Source of the DNA: Channa argus
Taxonomy: Eukaryota
Reading direction: 5' to 3'
Assembly (NCBI RefSeq): GCF_033026475.1
Contig: NC_090210.1
Coordinates: 20,255,376 to 20,319,375, forward strand
Length of the DNA: 64,000 bases
Notes under the pieces: generated by a model
What the model saw: only the letters and a program-made list of their open reading frames with translations
The model's database searches: none
Told to the model about the DNA's origin: nothing
Position numbers and translations under genes: made by a program
In this document: piece by piece, positions 61,691-64,000 of the stretch
Position numbering within the stretch: position 1 is the first letter of the stretch
How the letters are laid out: each line of letters starts with the position of its first letter

Positions 61691-61844
61691 GAGGAGAATC
61701 GGACAACAGTGGATACTGCACCTAAACAGAGGACCTCCAAGCTGGATGTGAAGATCCAGTCTCTCCTGGAGCTCATTTGTGACCTCAAAGCCATGGAGGA
61801 GTGTGTGCTGGAAATGAAGTTTGACATTCGGAAAGCACCTCTTG
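61691..61844 (+). CDS. parp2: parp2 exon 9, helical regulatory domain start (EENRTTVDTAPKQRTSKLDVKIQSLLELICDLKAMEECVLEMKFDIRKAPL)
   Basis: Matches human SQLDLRVQELIKLICNVQAMEEMMMEMKYNTKKAPLG. Acceptor cttttag|GAG, donor CTT G|gtgagt. Confidence 0.85.
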
Positions 61845-62098
61845 GTGAGTTTGACAGTATCAAAAAAGAATATTAAATTGTTCCATTATGCTTACAACTT
61901 TATATTTATTTTCACTTAATACCCATAGAGAATTATATAAAGTATCTACAGATAGCTTTTAAAAATATTCAAGATGCTACAGTAAGTGCCAAGATCCAAT
62001 AAAACAAGGGTCAGCATTTTATCTCCATATGAATATAACAGTAGATTAAACTGGTGACAAACAAGTGAAAAGTATTTCGAAACCTTTCTATTTTCAAG

Positions 62099-62237
62099 GC
62101 AAACTGACCTCAGAGCAGATTCGTGCAGGCTACACTGCACTGAAGAGAATTGAGCTGTGTTTGCAGAAGAAGGGCAGTAATCGAGAATTGGTGGAGGCCT
62201 GCAACCAATTCTACACCCGCATCCCACATGACTTTGG
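62099..62237 (+). CDS. parp2: parp2 exon 10 ((G)KLTSEQIRAGYTALKRIELCLQKKGSNRELVEACNQFYTRIPHDF)
   Basis: Matches human KLTVAQIKAGYQSLKKIEDCIRAGQHGRALMEACNEFYTRIPHDFG. Acceptor ttttcaag|GC, donor GG|gtagga. Confidence 0.85.
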
Positions 62238-62328
62238 GTAGGAAGTATGCAACATACTTTAATGAATAGATAGCAGCAGTTTTACTCTGATCTCTATCTT
62301 AGTGTAACTAAAATATGTAACTCTCCAG

Positions 62329-62392
62329 GCTGAAAACTCCCCCAGTCATTCGCACAGAAGAAGAGCTCAAGGAGAAAATTGCACTACTAGAG
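62329..62392 (+). CDS. parp2: parp2 exon 11 ((G)LKTPPVIRTEEELKEKIALLE)
   Basis: Matches human LRTPPLIRTQKELSEKIQLLE. Acceptor ctctccag|G, donor GAG|gtgaag. Confidence 0.85.
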
Positions 62393-62477
62393 GTGAAGTG
62401 CACTAGTTCTGTTTTTATCTCCACGCACTGTTCAACATCTACTTCTTGTAACGTTTGTGTTTTTGTCTTGCTCTCAG

Positions 62478-62612
62478 GCATTGAGTGACATCCAGATTGC
62501 AGTAAAAATGGTTCAGTCAAGCAAAGACAGTCATGAACACCCCCTAGACAGACAGTATCATTCCCTCCAGTGCAAACTGGAGCCTCTGGACTCCAGTAGC
62601 CATGAGTATAAG
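62478..62612 (+). CDS. parp2: parp2 exon 12 (ALSDIQIAVKMVQSSKDSHEHPLDRQYHSLQCKLEPLDSSSHEYK)
   Basis: Matches human ALGDIEIAIKLVKTELQSPEHPLDQHYRNLHCALRPLDHESYEFK. Acceptor gctctcag|GCA, donor AAG|gtctgt. Confidence 0.85.
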
Positions 62613-63212
62613 GTCTGTGTGTGGTTATTCATAATGGTGAAATTGGTAAATGTCTGGATTCACATTGCTGCTGTGTTCAAGGATACATCCTTAAATCTCC
62701 ATCTGACTGATTGTGAAACTTTGGAAACCAGTTGTTATACTTGCAAATGAAAGATGTCACACATCTGTCATCTGCCATCAGATCTGTCCAATCATCCATC
62801 TTCTCCTGCTTATCCAGACACTGGGGATGGTAGCAACAGGTTCAGCTACATTTACCAATGCCTTTTGTAGGCTAGATGACTTAGAAATTCTCTGAAGATC
62901 TGGGTCTGGGTCATCAACTGATAGAAGACCCCAGTTATGTAGCCTCATTGATGTAAAGGGGATGGACAAAAAAACAGAAACCACTGTTATTAAAATGTGA
63001 CACAGCTCAACAGCAGCACAAATAGCACCCTCCACAATGACTAGATTTAATTTTCTAAAACATGCTTGACATAAAGTGAAAATTATTTTCTTCATGAAGG
63101 GAGGATTTGTTGCACAATATTGTACAGGACTGCATTGATTTTGCATTAATGTGTCTGAAATACTTTGGGTTGTCCCTTTGTTAAACACTTCTCTCCTGTA
63201 TCTGTGTTGAAG

Positions 63213-63340
63213 GTGATAGAAAAGTATCTGCAGTCCACTCACGCCACCACTCATAATGACTACACCATGACTATCCTTGACATCTTCTCAGTGGACAGAG
63301 ACAGAGAGGGCAAGAACTTTCTCTCACAGTTACATAACCG
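63213..63340 (+). CDS. parp2: parp2 exon 13 (VIEKYLQSTHATTHNDYTMTILDIFSVDRDREGKNFLSQLHN)
   Basis: Matches human VISQYLQSTHAPTHSDYTMTLLDLFEVEKDGEKEAFREDLHNR. Acceptor gtgttgaag|GTG, donor CG|gtatta. Confidence 0.85.
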
Positions 63341-63537
63341 GTATTACAGGTTTTTTGCTGTTACTGATTTCATTTTTTGTTGTGGGGTTCTGTTGAAACA
63401 AACACTTTGCAATCTGCTCTGTTCCTGTCAGTTCAATGTTTGCCAGGATAAAATGTGCAAATGTCAAAGAAAATGTTTTTTCTGCACAATTAACACCTTT
63501 TCAAGTAGAGCACAATGTTTGTCTGTCTGTGTACCAG

Positions 63538-63637
63538 AACTTTGCTGTGGCATGGTTCCCGATTGTCTAACTGGGTTGGTATCCTCAGTCAGGGGCTCAG
63601 AGTGGCCCCGCCTGAAGCTCCCATCACAGGCTACATG
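63538..63637 (+). CDS. parp2: parp2 exon 14, catalytic domain start ((R)[33 protein letters not shown])
   Basis: Matches human [33 protein letters not shown] (H-G-S of the ART fold). Acceptor gtaccag|A, donor ATG|gtatga. Confidence 0.9.
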
Positions 63638-63955
63638 GTATGAACAGTAACATGGATAAGTAGATGGACACTGGATTGTCTTTTATGTTTGTCTTAAAAT
63701 CAAAAAATGTTTTAAAACAAAAAAAGGAAATTAACTAGTTAATAGCATTTTTGAAAATAATTAGTTTGGTTGGCTCTGATAAGAACAATTGCTGATGGTT
63801 AATTAAGAAATGGTATCCAGAAAGGAGAACATTGCGATAACTGACGAGAAGTGTAGTGTGGAATAAAATGATGTATAAATTGTATGAAATCTGCGACCAC
63901 AGCAATATCTTTCAATACAGAGTAATAACATCTCCGTTTCTTTCATCTGCTGTAG

Positions 63956-64000
63956 TTTGGTAAAGGCATCTACTTTGCTGACATGTCATCTAAGAGCGCC
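63956..64000 (+). CDS. parp2: parp2 exon 15, partial, runs off the window end (FGKGIYFADMSSKSA...)
   Basis: Matches human FGKGIYFADMSSKSANY. Acceptor ctgctgtag|TTT. Confidence 0.85.

Noticed and set aside
1-64000. Searched for prokaryote-style systems (operons, CRISPR arrays, defence islands, RBS-led tightly packed ORFs)
   Set aside because: The sequence is plainly vertebrate nuclear DNA. None of these features occur.

Overview
This window is vertebrate (teleost fish) nuclear DNA, not prokaryotic. It has spliced multi-exon genes, GT-AG introns, microsatellites and Tc1/LINE/SINE/MITE repeats. I see no operon, CRISPR array or defence-island-type system.

Four conserved genes and one intronless gene could be reconstructed by reading exons and splice phases directly:
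- nfatc4 on the + strand, 13 exons, ATG at 2937 and TGA stop at 15270-15272. It has the calcineurin-docking PSIQIT motif, a Rel-homology domain, and a GC-AG intron carrying a (CA)n tract.
- A MYADM-like intronless gene (MARVEL family) on the - strand, 25249..26130.
- sdr39u1 on the + strand, 6 exons, 48528..51796. It has a 16-nt first coding exon and a second GC-AG intron.
- mettl17 on the - strand, 14 exons, 52191..57287, 459 codons.
- parp2 on the + strand, at least 15 exons, 58152 to beyond the window end. It sits head-to-head with mettl17 across 864 bp.

This gene order matches human 14q11.2-q12 (NFATC4/SDR39U1 ... METTL17/PARP2).

The most unusual observation is that parp2 carries an extra phase-compatible exon (59406..59615) encoding a clear WWE domain, which mammalian PARP2 lacks.

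The 34.9-45.3 kb interval is a transposon-rich accessory region:
- three intact Tc1-like transposase ORFs, two of them near-identical and lying inside a segmental duplication;
- an approximately 0.8 kb tandem array;
- a 5'-truncated, internally deleted LINE ORF2 fragment;
- a tRNA-derived SINE;
- a degenerate Tc1/SB-like element with both terminal inverted repeats (TIRs);
- several palindromic MITE/foldback elements.

All exon coordinates are hand-derived from the sequence, splice consensus and remembered homology to human proteins. No database search was run.
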